Of a stretch of 64,000 nucleotides of DNA, positions 38,501 to 52,837 are shown in pieces. Both the position numbers and the translations under genes were made by a program. Location of the stretch: the NCBI GenBank assembly GCA_001643675.2, contig LSRY02000026.1, positions 992,001-1,056,000 on the forward strand, written 5' to 3'. Each line of letters starts with the position of its first letter. Positions within the stretch are counted from its first letter, which is position 1. The DNA comes from Monocercomonoides exilis PA203. Lineage: Eukaryota; Protista; Preaxostyla. The notes under the pieces were generated by a model. That model saw only the letters and a list, made by a program, of their open reading frames with translations. It was not told the origin of the DNA and made no database searches.

Positions 38501-41500
38501 AGTTCAGCGCAAACATTGTTTCGTTGATCTGGTGCTCAATCGAGCGGCATCTGACAAACACGTCTTTTCCCACATGTGCCTCATTCATCACAAACAGGAT
38601 GTTCACAATCTTGATATTCAGAGGCGGAATCTGACTCTCATTTCCATAATTCGCATGTGGGTCAGACCCATCAACGAACAGCCCTCCTCCACACCCTGTC
38701 TCACTCGAGCACTTGCACATCGAAAACGAGCTCCCATTCACTTTCAACACCGATCCCCCACTCTTCAGCACCACTCTCATCCCCCCTCCTTCAGCACTCA
38801 AACCACTCTTGCAACTCGACATCGAACACTCATCCATCGCACACTCCGCCCCATCCTCAAATGTTCCCACATCAACAACACTCGCTCCAATTCCTTCATT
38901 CGTGATGTTTGTGAATGAACACCCAACAACCCTCAGAACTGGTCTGTTCCCATTTGAAAATACCTTCTTTTCTCCATTCATCTGACTTTCCTCTTCCATC
39001 ATCGAAATCAGACTTCTTTCTGTCACATCAGCAAATGAGATGTTCACATTCTGAAGTGTCACCTCACCTGCACTTGGCCTGAACGCAATCAACCATTTCA
39101 ACTCTGAGATCAAACTCAACGAACTCCTCTCAATCAATACACTCCCCCCATTCACTCTCATCGCACAATATCCAAAACTTTCTGCTACCCCCCTCCCTGG
39201 GCCAAATGAACAATCTGACACTGACAATAATGTGTTTGCTCCAGATGATTCAATCAACACTTCATGATGGGTTGCGATGGCTGGCTTGGTGAATGACACA
39301 TTCACAAATGACAGACTCACATTCGAGGATATCATTGAACCATCATCCAATTCATCCTCATCTTCATCACTGATCGTCACTCCAGTCCCTTTCTTTGTCC
39401 CTTTAATCACCACTTTTGGTGAATCAAAATTTGGTGAAGAAAATGAAAATGAAAATGAAATGGAATGGCTCAGCAACCCTGATCCCACAATGGCAACGTG
39501 TGTTTCCCCTCCTCCAAGTGTTGGATGTCGAAGTGATATCAAGTGGTCAATCGATGAACATGGTGCTTCGGAATACCCACACCCACTGAAGTCTCCTCCT
39601 TTCTCAACTGAAACAAACCCATCCCCACTCCAGTTCCTCCACAAATACACAACCAATGGAATCACATATCCCTCCTCTCCTGTTGACTTCCTCTCCCATC
39701 CACACAATTCATCCAACGAGCCCAACTCCTCTTCCTTAATCTCCCATTTCAGGTGCTCCTCACTCACAATCTCTCTCAGATCCCATCCTGACACAAACAC
39801 ATTCTTCACTCTCCATGCATCACATCCCTCAAATGCCATCCCTTCAAGAACAAATGTTCCCATCTCATCTGCCAGCTTCACAAACATCCCTCCTCCCATT
39901 CCTCTCCCTCCCTCCTCAACATCCTCTCTCGGCACTTCACACCCTGAATATTTCACTCCTTTCATTTCCAACCTCCCTCCCTTCCCCACTGATATCTTCA
40001 TCCCTCCCCCTTTCGTCCCACTCCCCCCTGAACACACTGATGACAAATTGCATCCTTCAATATTCACATTCCCATTCACACCCATTTCCACATTCAAACA
40101 TCCTCCTCCTCCTCCTCCACTCCCACCAACAACTTCCACTCCACTCATTCGACTGTGATTCATCTCCAATTCAACTCCATTCGAAACAACAATAGGTGAC
40201 TTCCCACTCATTCTCACTCCCCTTTCCATCACAAATCCATCCACAACCAACACTCCTCCCTCAACACATATCACATTGTATCCAATCACTTCTTCATTTC
40301 CAAATGAGACTGAACAGCTCGTGATTGTGATGGTTGATGATGATGAGGAGTGGATAAATCCACTTCTCTTCCCATTCATTTCATCATTCAACACAAATGA
40401 CAAATGAATCATCTCAAATGATTTTGTGCACTCAATAAGGTTGTTTTGATTTATCGATCCTTCATCTCTCACAACCACCCTCATCACTTCTTCTTTCCCT
40501 GAAATACTCACCCCAAACGATGCCACTTTCATTTCACTCTTTATCCATGATTCTGATGCAACTTCGATTTCATTCACAGTGCTGCTCGCTCTCTTCCCAA
40601 CACAATAGTCAATCGTCAAACACCCAAACCCCTCAAACCCACAATGGCTCTGATCCAGCGCCCTCTCTCCTCTCCCATCAACTCTCAGCTTCGAGCCAAT
40701 TGAACACAAATACACAAACAGCGGAATCACTTCCCCTTCTCTCCCATCCTCACTCCCACACAACTTCAACACATCTGTTAAAATCACACCAAAATCAAAA
40801 AATGAAAATGAACTCCCATTCACTTTCGATTCCAACAACACTCCTCCACCACATTCGACAAACACATCCTTCCCATATTGAGCTTTGTTATTCTCCCCAA
40901 ACAAACCCTCTCTTCCCGATTCCATTTTCATTGAACCATCCCTGCTCTCCATCACAATCATCATCCCTCCCCCTCTCCCTTCACTTCTCCCATCTTCTCT
41001 CTCCTCTGAACCCTTCGCCTCACACCCATCAATCACACAACTCCCATTCACAACAACACTCCCTTCCCCCTTCACAACAACACTCATCCCTCCTCCTCTT
41101 CCACCAGCACATCTGCACCCCTTCACAACACACGACTCAATCACAATTATCCCATTCTTCCCCTCATCCCCCTCTGCTCCAACCACTCCACTCACCCATC
41201 CCCCATCTCCATTTCTCTTCTCGATGTTGTTCATCTCACACCCACAAAACACAACTGATTCCACCCCTTCGCCAAACTCAATCAGCGAGTGCTCTCCAAA
41301 TCTCAAGGTCTATGAGATCACCAGTCCCTCCACTTTCACTTTTCCCCCAATCACATTCACAAAGCTATATCCAATGAGATTCTCAGAGGAACAAACAACA
41401 GAGCAGTCAGTGAGTGTGAGGAGTGTGGAATTGGATGTGATCACAGATGATGATGATGCACTTGATAGAGCAGATGGAATACAGAATTTGATGTTTCTCA

Positions 41501-44500
41501 TTGAACATTTGCTCTGAACCTCAATCAGACAAGATGACTCAAAATTCTCTGGTGCTTTCACCCCAACTCCCATCCCTTTTGTTGCACAGGAAATCTCCCA
41601 TTCATTTCCATCTGTCATTCCAACTGCCTCAGCAAGCTCAAATCCAGAATCCAATTCGATCTTCTTGTTTGTCTCTGGATATCTCACCTGTGCAGTGTGA
41701 GTGATGGTGGCACACGGATAATAGTCAAACCCACAGAACCACGAGTCGTATCCACCCAGCCCATCCTTCCCCTTCCCCACATGTGCTGCATCTGGATATC
41801 TGTCCAAATACACATTCAGTGGGAAAAGCCCCGTTGTTGTGTCACTCCGATCATATCTCGCCAGCTCATTGTATTTTGAATTATCATGCTGAACATTCAG
41901 CTTTTCTGTTGTTATTCCCCAGCTCACTGAATCGCTCCAATTCACAAACACATAATTCCCACCCAATGAAGCAGAACATCCTAAAAAGTCAACTGACACA
42001 ATCGAGAAGTCAACCGAGTTGTCAGCCAGATACAGCATCATCCCTCCTCCATATTTCCCACTTGTGCATCTGTTCATTGTTGTTGTTGCTTCAACCTGAA
42101 GCTTGCTTGTGGGGGATGATAAATCAACCTTGATCCCACCGCCACTTCCACACTTGCTCTCACAATCCTCAATTGTCACATTCTGAACAACAAATGTCTC
42201 CCCTTCTGCCACACTCTTTGCCACAACCACCCCATCTCCTTCAGTCAATCTCACATTCCTCACAGACAAGTTCGCCAGAATGCTCTCTCCTGATGCTGTG
42301 GCTGTCAAATACAGGGCAGAAGAAGAAGAGGAAGAAGAAGAAGATAAAACAGGTTCAGAGAACAATGGTTGAGAAATATTCATATCTTTGATCTCCACAC
42401 CGACCATCGACAGCTGTGAAAGTGGAACCACAAACACTGATGAGGATATCTCATATTCTCCTGTTTTGCTCGTGGTGATCACAATATCCCCCAATGAGAG
42501 TGACCCACCTCCACCAGACACCACAACCACACTCGGAGATGGAATTGAATTTGAGTTGCAATCAACCTTCAAATGACTCATTCCCAAATGACCTGTTGAA
42601 ACACTGAACAGCGCTCCAGTTGATGAAAGGGATTTCATTTCAATCGAACTCTTCTCTTTCCCAATTCCAATAACTGAAATCTTTTTTGTCCCACTCTCAA
42701 TAGTTGTAACCTCGCTTTGATGATTCCCTTCCATCAGTGTGACTGTCAAGCTAATCTGCACATCGCACATTTGAGATGCCTTCTTCACCGTCAGACATGG
42801 ATTTGATTCATTTGCCCCACAAAGCGGAGATGCATCATTCCCATTCACAGAAACATAGATCGTCTTGTCTTTCAGCCAATCCTTCTTTTCCACGTGCTGA
42901 TATGACCAATTCCCTGAATCTGAAAAGTTATATCCATAACACATTCTTCTGTCATCTGTATTCGTTGTGTAACATTCAAAAAATGGATTGGAGTTCAAAT
43001 GGGAACTATAATTGTCCAAATAAAATGCATCATGCCCATATGGAGTGGATGTTGTTCTGCATTTGCATTTGTGAAAAAAGAGAAAAGAACAATAAACCAC
43101 ATTATTTTGCGATGTTTGTCTTAATGGATGAAAATACAATCCTCCACCATATGACAATGCTGAACATGAAATAAACTGAATGCTCCTCATTCTAAATTGT
43201 GTCATCAGATTATTGGCACAAAACATGCCTCCGCCATAGTTATTTGAAAGAGAACATGAAGTGAAACTGCAGTCAGACACGCACGCACTCTCCCCTCCTC
43301 CATTTTCTGTTGGAATGCATCCTATTCCAGAAACCTGAAAATTTTCAAGAAGAAGTCCTCCTCCATAATTAACTGCTTCACAATTCTGGAATTCGCACCC
43401 ACTGATCCGAACACACGATGAAATCGTCAAAATGAACATTCCACCCCCTCGATAACTTTGCGCAGTACATGAATCAAATGTGTTATTCACAATCTCAACC
43501 GTTTTGATATTGAAACAATTTACACCACCACCTCCACAATGAGCATTGCAATTGTTGAAAGTGCAATGAGAAACAGATACAGAGGCAGATGATTGACTGA
43601 ACACACAGATAGCCCCACCACTCGATTCTCCATCCGACCATGAGTCAGCTTCTCCAATTGTCTTCGAACCATTCCATTCGCACCAAATAAATGAATTCTG
43701 TCCATTTTCAGTTGTATTTTGTCTCCCTGGAGTCAACTTTCTATCTGCAGTTCCTTCACATTCAATATTCCTTGTCCTGCAACATCCCACAGACGAGGTG
43801 TTTGAGGCAGTCAGAGAGGCAAAGGGGTTATTGAGAGAATGAACAATCCCGCCATCATATGCATCGCAAACAGAAGAAAATGAGCAGCTGCTCATCAAAC
43901 ATGAGGTTTGGGTTGACGTGGTGGTTGGAGGTGAACATTCATCATTTGCTGTTGAGATGTTGAAGAAGTTCAGCTGGGTGAGTGTCACAAGGCGTGTCAA
44001 GGGTGATGAGAGGAATGGGGCTGATGAGACACAAAAAGATGAAAAATGGGAAGAACAAATAGAAACAATGTCATTTTTTGAAAATTTCCCTTCCAACGTT
44101 TTTGATGAAAATAGAGAAGGAAATATCTGTTCAGTCAAGGTTGAGGTTGAAGGCAATCTGAGTGAAATGTTGGTGAACAATCCACAGCTCCCACGAAAAT
44201 CAAAGGGAGGAGTCTCTCTCTCAACTCCAATCACACATCCACTCAACTCAACAAAACATCCATCCGATGCCCTGAGCACACCCTCCCCATCCATTTCCCT
44301 CAATCCCAACAAATTTAGTTTCATTGATGAATTGACCAGAATAAGACATCCCTCAACCCCACTCCCACCACGCATTCTCTCCTTTCCCCACGTTTTCCGT
44401 TCATCACAAAAACTCCATTTTTGAACTTTCCCGATCTCTCCACCTCCTTCATTCCAATGTTTTGTGTATTTCTTCATCATTCTCTCATGAATTTCTGTCT

Positions 44501-44780
44501 CTCTCATGCTATTCCCTTTTCCTTCAACATGTACATCAAATAAAATGCCATTTCCATATTTTCTATTTTCAGCCTTCTCTGGCCATATGTCTTCAGGATA
44601 ATTCATATTTTCAACTTTCGCTGATTTCTCGGTAAGTCCTGTGCCATCACTTGCAGCACCATTGCACATGCACCACACATTAATTATCCATGCGCAATAA
44701 AATATTCCTGGCAGCACCAATACCACGCCTGTCCAACTGCTTTCTTTTCTTTTTTCTATCACAGACTAATATGGGCACAT
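35571..44780 (-). CDS. Giant (~3060 codon) single-pass surface protein: Cys/Gly-rich beta-helix-like repeats, TM helix, cytoplasmic kinase-like C-terminus; interrupted by an in-frame TAG
   Basis: ORFs 41310..44762 and 35571..41306 are in the same frame, separated by one TAG (VIS*TLRFGEH). Repeated GGG(M/L) turns and 'D...CG....PC.TI' modules; TM WALIVIVLLVVVLIIVLIVSVVVTI; kinase subdomain VIII-XI-like RWKAPELL..VFSIGMMLWE..PF..RP. Confidence 0.85.
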
Positions 44781-46830
44781 AAAAATTTCAATTAACTTTA
44801 TCCGAGTTTCACTTTATTGTATAAAAATAAACGTTTTATTTTTATTTTTTCTCATTCCATTTTATGATCCGATGAATAATAGAGAATGATTCATCCCTTT
44901 TTGTTGATGTTCTGATATTTCAGCCGTCACTCACCGTCCAGCGATATCTGCCTCAGATATAGATCAACATATGATTTAGAGTGTATATTTTGTTGGCTGT
45001 ATTTTCATGAGAAAGGGCATCAGGGAAAGAAATGAATGTTGTGAAAATAGATGAAAACAGATGAAGGGAAGGGGTATGAGTGCTGAAAGTTTTGCGATTC
45101 TGCACCACATATATAAGTATGCCTTTTGGTGGATTTTTTGAGTTATTTTTATTTGAAGAGATTTTCGATGTTTTGAAAGAAATGATTATTTTCACTTCGA
45201 TTGGCTGAAATGGACACTTTTCACAGAAGGGATGGGATGCATGGAACAAAGTTATTTGAGCATTTGGATTGGGCTTTTGATGTGTTTTTCTCTCAGATAG
45301 AGATGGAATTTCAGTTCAAGGGAAAGAGGCCAAATGAAAAAATGAGTGAAAATGAATATATTTTGTTGAGGCAAAGGGGTTGCAGGGAATGAATGCAATG
45401 AGCGATTAGTATGGTACAAACTCTGTTTTATTCGAATCTTTTCCTGAAAAAACTTTTTTTTGCTTTTTATTTTTTCAAATGATAGAGCAATAAAAGTTTT
45501 ACGAGACAAAATCTCATGGATTTCTATTTGCTGGGAGATTTCTTTTTTGGAGAAAGAGAGAAGGGGGAATTACACACTCAGAGAAATAATTAGGTTGAAG
45601 GCTCTTTTTTTATAATTGGAATACTATTTCAGAGGAGAACAACAGACAGCATTGATAATTGTGAATGCAAAGGAATGCAGCAGGTGCAGCCGAAACAATT
45701 CTTTCGGACTATTTTGGATGATTGTTCTTCAACATCGCTTTTGGAAGAGAAGAGAAGAGAAATGGATTTATATTCACCCATAAACATATTTACAGATTTG
45801 AAAGAGGTTTTCTTCGCAGTGAAAGTATTTCATCATCATCATTTTATTCTTCTTCCTCTTCTATTCCTCTTCTTCCTCTTCTTCTTCGTCATCTTTCTCT
45901 TCTCAAAACTTCTTCTTCTTCTTTTTCTTCTTCAAATAATTTACAAAAATAATCATCCAAAACAAATCCCCCTGTTCAGGGCTGTTTTTCTCTCCTTACA
46001 TTAATTCCGCAACTCGGTTGAAAACAGACATGTCAAATGAAAATGACAAGAAACAAGAAATATTTGCAGGAAAAATGTGAACAAAGACAGAAAATGTTTA
46101 AAGGAAGGAGAAGAGTAGAGGAAGATAACAGAAAGTGGAATAAAAGAGTGAATTTATTGAATAAAGAAAAGAAAGAAAAAAACCCTGAAGTCAATCAACA
46201 TGAAGAAACAGAGACACGAATAGGAACAGAAGGAGAAGAAGAAAAGGAATTGAAAGAAGAAGAAAAAAAAGAAAAAGAAGAATACCAAGAAATAATCGCA
46301 AGCTTTCATTTAATTTTTGATTTTCTTAACAGCAAATATTTTTGTCGATTATCGTTGGATATTTCTGATTATCTTGTGAAAATTTGAGAAAATTTGAGAA
46401 AATTGGGGGAATTTCACTTGGAAACACAAATATCTGATGAACTGTGAAATAACCAACATTTTTTCCTTGTCCTCTTTTATTTTATTTTGGAAATTTCATC
46501 TTTGAAAACATAGAAATTTTTTATTGAATGAGTTTTACGATTATTGAATTGTTATTTTGAAGCAGTTATTTTTTTTACTTTGCACAAATAGAAAAATCCA
46601 AAAAATTTAATTTAACTTTAATTTTATTTTATGTTATTTGTTTTGAATTTAAATAGCATTCCTTTTTTCAAATGTTCATTTTTCTAGAAAAGTCTTGATA
46701 TTCTTTGAGAAAACACTTTCTCCATTTTGCAAATCATTTTTTCTTGTTTTCTCGAGTGAATGTGTGCTCTGCACAAAATATCATAAAAAAGGAAATCCAA
46801 AAAGATGAAGTGAATGTTTATTCAGATAAA

Positions 46831-48262
46831 TTATAAATAAAAAAAACAATCTGGATAATTCTCAATCAAATAAGAATCGCTAACTGTTCTGTAACAAATG
46901 TTGTGGAACAGCCCAATGATGTAATCTTCGTATCCTTCTTCTTCCATCTTTTCGAATACCTTTCTTTTCAACTCTTTTCGTTTCGTTTTGTTCGTTTCTC
47001 CATCCCTCTTTTCAATCAGCCTTTCTGAAATCTTCAAAAAGAATTGCAAGCATTCAAATTCCAAGCGTTCATCCAACGTGGATTGCTTCATTTCCTCCAA
47101 ATAGAGATCAACAGCTCCGCTTTTCAGCAAGTCATCAATTTTCAATGTTGGGTTTCTCACTGCTTCTTCAAACGAACAAATGCATTGCTTTCTAATTTCC
47201 ACGTAATTATCTCTTGATGCTCGAAATAAATCCACAAGGCATCCGATGAGTCCAGCAAGTTCTTCGTTCCACGACAGGGACCAGTTAAAGAAAATAGAAA
47301 CAACATCAATCCATCTCCGAATAAAAATTACTTCCATTCTTCCATTTTCTTCTTCTTTTCCCTTCCAGTCGATACATTTCATCAGATCTTCCAATTCTCT
47401 TCCTGCTTCTCTCGCAAAATGCAGCTCATTCACAACTATATCTTTCAAGCTGTAATCCTTGTGAAATCTGTCTATTAAAAACCGCCAAGCAGACTGATAA
47501 GCAAGTCGTGTGAGGCTGCGATGCTCTTGATGATATTTGATGATATCTGTTATCTCATTCAAATACAGCTCTTTTTCCATATCCTAATCAGAATTAAAAA
47601 TATACATTTATGTATTATCAAAAATGAAAAAGAAGTGCTCATACACTAAGAAAATCAATGCAACTTAAAGATAACAAAGCTATTTCCACTTCTTTTTGAG
47701 CTTCCTTACTTTCTTCTTTCTTCAACGCAGCTTTCAGAAGACAAGGCACACAAATCGAAATCATTTCAGGCCAGATGGTATATGTGAAAAAAAGATAGCA
47801 TTCGCAAAGATAAACAAGAAGCTTTTCGTTCCTTTTTTTCTTTTTCTGTCCTTCTTTAACAATCATCTTCCCAAATTTTTCGTCCAATATAAATACATGA
47901 AAGCCATGACTCGACATGTTCAAAAGAACATTACAAAATAAAACATGCTTCAGCAACAAAACTGCATTTCCCATTGATATTTTCTTTTGATAAATCATAT
48001 GATTAATTTTGTAAAGCAGCTCTATCGTGGAAACAGATACAAATTCATCCTTATCCATTTCATCAATTAATTCATTCATTTCTAGGATTTTCTGCTTCTG
48101 TGCACCTTCGTTGCATCTTTCAAGCTCAGAAAACATTTCTTCAAAAACAAAATTTTCAATACAATTGGACATTCTAATGAATATGCACAAACCAGAAAAC
48201 TTCTCTGTCCTGGACATCTCCAGAATCGCCCCAGTGCATTCGTCAGTGTTTTGCGAGCTCAT
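46831..48262 (-). CDS. Member of a lineage-expanded helical (ARM-like) protein family
   Basis: Two ORFs joined by an intron at about 47584-47644. Motifs LCECYL, CLLKAALKKEESKEAQKEVEIALLSLS, YHQEHRSLTRLAYQSAW, KMEEEGYED. Paralog at 52838-54180. Confidence 0.8.
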
Positions 48263-51199
48263 TCTATTTACAGCAATGATTTCTCAAATTGTTCGAAATT
48301 GTTCGTCACTTAACGAAATAAAAGGAAAAAAGAAACATCTTTGATAGCTTTGTAAAATGAAAACATAACAAACACAAAACCAATTGCTTCACTTTGCAAA
48401 AATTAGTGCGAAAAAAAGAATGTTCACCGAAAGCAAATGGTCTTGGCTGAGAAAGAATAGAAAACCAAATGTTTTTTTTTCTCTTTGATCAAACCAAAAG
48501 GAAATCATCATTTCAAATTATTGTTTGTTTTTTATTATTTTTTCTTTTTGGTTACGTTTTGTTGCACGAGTCACATTTCAACTTGGTTTGGAGCTGAGCA
48601 AACTTATTCCACGGAAATGGAATTTGACTGAAGAGAGAATGAAAGCAATCAAACAGCCAAATTCTCAAATAACAGAAAAGAATTATTGATTCTTTTCGAG
48701 AAGTGGATAAAGTCCGAAGACAGGAGCACAGAATATTTGTTCGCCAAACATGTTTTATATTGGTCGTTTTCTTGAAGGACTTTTATTTTCAAGATGACTC
48801 TGAGATTATTGAAAACGAAGGAATTGATAAATCAAAAATCAATTTGAATTGACGGTTCAAAGCGAAAATGGAGCAAAATACAGAAAGACATGACAAAATT
48901 GTTTAAGATAGAAATAGACAAATAACACAGTAACACGAAGACTGTCTCCGCCATTGAAGATGCATGGTTTCATGATTGGTGGAGCATCAACAATAACTGA
49001 AACAAACATTTTTATTTGAGGTTTAACAAATGCCTTTAACACCTCAAACACATTTAATCTCAATCAAACGATGATTGAATGAGAAGTGCCAAAAATAAAA
49101 TTAAAAACAAGTTCGCCATTAGCTGCGTTCTGGAAGCACAAGAATTCAACAACATCTTCAATTTACCAAAAACTCAAGATGAAATAAATCTGACAATTCA
49201 TCTGCCAAACAAAAAGAATGAAGAGAGCAAAGGACCTTCTGATTCGGAATGCGAGAATTATTTTTGCAGCCGCACAGTCTTCTTTGAGCTAACTCAAAAA
49301 TTCTTCTTTCCACTTCACTGGACACATCTTGATGCTAGACCATTCAAAAAAAATTGAAGATATTTCCCTTTTGAGTTGTCTTCCCAATCCTTCTCTTTTA
49401 GAAACAGAGCAATCTTTTCAAGAAATCCCCACTTTGTTCACCCATTTCTCGCCTCATTCTCTCAAAATACCTCGTCTGCAGCTTCATTATCTTCAATCAG
49501 CTCATTTTCTGTCTCTCATAACTTTCAGCTTCTCTGAATGAATTGTCAATTATCTTATCCGCATTCACAACCACAACAATCTGCTTCCTTTTCAACATCG
49601 ACAGTCTACAATCTTCTCTTGGAAACACCAATCGAAACAAATCTTCTGGTCTTATCAACATTTCCACAGGCATTTACAATCATTGAATGAAGGATTTATA
49701 TGCAACTTTTTCTTTTTTTTTCTTTTTCTTTTTCTTCTTCCAATGCTTTTCTTTCCTCGTCTGCAGCTGTTAGCCTCACTGCTTCACCATTCCAGAGGTG
49801 GAGAAGCGAAGAGAAGAAGGCAGCAGTAGATCATAAGCCATCTTCATCTTCATCTTCATCATGAGCACCTGCAAGTGAACCTTCGGATTCGTCGGAGGTT
49901 GCAGCGTCAAATATGTGTGAAGCAAAAATAGACTTCGTCGAGAGGAGGAAGCTGACTGTTGTATCTGAAGAAAGTGGAGTGAATGCTAATCACAAAAAGC
50001 CGTTGTTGAAGATATTGCATGGGGACATGTTGTGCGTACCAACATTGCGGCTCTTTCTGCAATGCTTTCAGTTCCGTTTGTTGCTTTAGTAACGTTGCTT
50101 GTGGAATCGATGGTTACGAAATCTGGAAGCAGGAAGATATTTGAGGAAACTGACGTGAATGCTCATTCTTTAATTGATAATCTGCTTGATTAATAACTGC
50201 TGCATTTATCAATAACGCAGCTGGTTTTGCAATAGGTTCAGTCGAAGCATGTGTTGATGGAGTTGGATGACGAAGTGATAATGCGCGAAGTGGGGGAGAT
50301 TGTGGAGAAGGAATTGGAGGAAACGTGGATGAGGATGGAAGATGTGACTCTTTTGCTAACAGTGCTGGAGGAGCTAAAAAAAGCAGAGGAAGGTGAAGGG
50401 GGATGAGGTGAAAGGTGGCTATCCGACAGCTCACAGAGAGTTTGTGAAAAGAATCAAAGAGAATCAGTGGAAACTGGAAGAAGCGATGGCGCCGCTGGTT
50501 GTGGAGGCTCTTGGACTGGGTCGGCTGAGGTTTATGAAGGAGTTGACCGAAGCAGAGGCAGACAAGTTGTATCCAATGAAACCTAAAGTGCACAGTACAT
50601 TTCCAGCCGATGGCATCCAACAGGAGAACAGGAGAGCAGAAGAAGGCAGCAGATGGGTCTTCGGGCATAACTTCAGACGGAAGTGCAGATGGAGTTGGGA
50701 AAGATGAGGAACAGGCGCAAATGTGGTAGAATGGTTTGGGGATGAATAAGGAGCAAGGAAAAGAGGGTGATTTGATTAATTTGGAGAAGGAGTGGGGTGA
50801 AAGGTTTATCTTCAAAAGAAGAAGAATTAAACGATGACGATAAAGCTGAAAAATAAGAAGAAGAAAAAGAAGAATAGGAAGAAGGTGAAGAAGAAGAAGG
50901 TGAAGAAGAAGAAGAAGAAGAAGAAGAAGGTGGAGCAATTGAGAATTGTGAAACGAATTTAATCCTTTTTTAAAGATGTTGATAATGACTTGAGTAATGT
51001 CGATAGATAAAAATTTATCATTCGATGAGTTGATTTCAGATGATACAAACAATCTTCATCACAAAATATGTGAAAGGGAGAGAGATGCGAACAGATAAAG
51101 ATGGAAGTCCACAAATAATTGACTTTCTTTGTGAGGTTGAACTGCTTTTGTCTCACAAAAAGAAAATTATGTTTGTCCAATGATGTCAACAATTCAAGT

Positions 51200-52230
51200 G
51201 AACTTCATGTTTGATGAGGATATTGGCAGAGAAGAAGACGTTGACGATTGAAGAACTTGACTTCAATGGCAATAATTTCAAAGGCGAGGAGAAGAAAAAG
51301 AAGAATTTTATGATTATGTGATCGGTGTATCGATTCTGGCGATGAGCATCTTTTGTTGAAGTGAGACTGTTGAGAAAGATAAGAAAAGGTGAAGAAGAAG
51401 GTGAAGAAAAATAGAAGACAACAGCTTTTCCAAGTAATGTTGCGCGATAGAAAAAACTGAATGTGTTCTGAATGTGAATGCCCAACCAGTTCATCAGATC
51501 CCGCATAACAGTCGCTCCTGCCGAACATTTCGAACAAAAATGCCAAATAAACTGCCTTTATCTTTCAAGCTCATGTTAAGCATTGACAGGATATGCGTCA
51601 TACAAGACAGATGGCTGAAGTCACGAATGTTATTGTTGAATGCAATCCAAACAAGAATAACCTCAAAACTTCTGGTTCTTTCGCGAAATGAAAAGAAGAC
51701 TTTTCTTTCTATGGCATTCCTGTTCGTGGACAATCTGTATTCATTGAAAACATACCTTTAAAGAAAAATGAATGAAATAAAAAAATGTCAAACCATCTTT
51801 TCTACATTGAAATATTTTCCCACTCCTATGTACTCGAAATGATAAACCCAGATGGCTTTCTTGTTCTCCAAAATTGCCTCTTGCCACATAAAAAAATTCA
51901 GATAACAAGATAACAAATCGCTGGCAAAGAACATCATCGAACACAGAGAATTCATTGTGGAGCTGGCCATGATATCAGATGAAAACACATATTCTCCAAA
52001 TTAACTCCTTTTCAAAGACTTATTCAACGTCATGTCTTTGCTGACAGCTTTCCAACGGGTTTCGAATAAATGACAATGAGATTGTTGTTGAGGCCTGCTG
52101 AGTGCTTCATTCTGCTCGCTTCCTCCATTCTTTAAACCCCCAATTCCCTTTCCTTTTCCACGAAACAAACCTTCCCCCAAAAAACCATGAAAACAAAATC
52201 TGAGCAAAAGATAATCCAAGTGCACTGCAT
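51200..52230 (-). pseudogene. Decayed hypothetical gene fragments
   Basis: Chain of short minus-strand ORFs separated by stops; no recognisable motif. Confidence 0.25.
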
Positions 52231-52837
52231 TTCCCTGAAATGATCAAGCAGTTCAATTCAATCTTTCTAGCATTTTAATCGCTTTTTTTGTATCTTGCTT
52301 TATTCATTTTTCATTCAAAATATAGCAGTTGATGTCGCACCATATGTTTTGCAATATATAACCAAGTTCATATTTCATGTTATTTTCCCTCATCAATTCA
52401 CTTTTCGCAAGCCATATTGGAAAACAGCCACTCGCTCCTAACTCTGCAGAAAAAATCCATGCTCTTCTGCAGTGCCATAACTCGCATGGATGTATCTGTG
52501 GTTGTGCTTAATAGTAGCTCAAACATGATCTTGCTGCAGCAAATAATTTATCAAAAATCTTCACTTGTATAATTAAAGGTTGCATACCTTTATTTATTTA
52601 CTCCATCAGTCAAATATTTTTTTCTCTGATTTGCTTGCTTTGAGACAAAAACACAAAATGGCAAAAGAGGTTTATCCTTCTGTGTTGCATAAAAAATTTG
52701 ATTTCGTATTTTTGAATCATTTGATGCGAATATTAACGGCAATTCTGAAAAATGAATTCATTTGTTATTTTTGATTCATTTTGTGATTTCACAGCCAACT
52801 TCAATGAAACCTTTATTTCTAGGCACGCCATTTCATT

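Noticed and set aside
41310-41312. Alternative genetic code (TAR=Gln) as the explanation for in-frame TAG/TAA
   Set aside because: Long ORFs in the window use CAA/CAG for Gln and several genes end in TAA; in-frame TAR codons are rare and concentrated in decayed loci.
36299-44424. Numerous plus-strand Ser/Pro/His-rich ORFs
   Set aside because: Antisense shadows of the giant minus-strand gene.
50300-50850. Coding-like purine-rich segment (ORF 50393..50707)
   Set aside because: No recognisable motif, start or splice structure; probably a decayed gene fragment.
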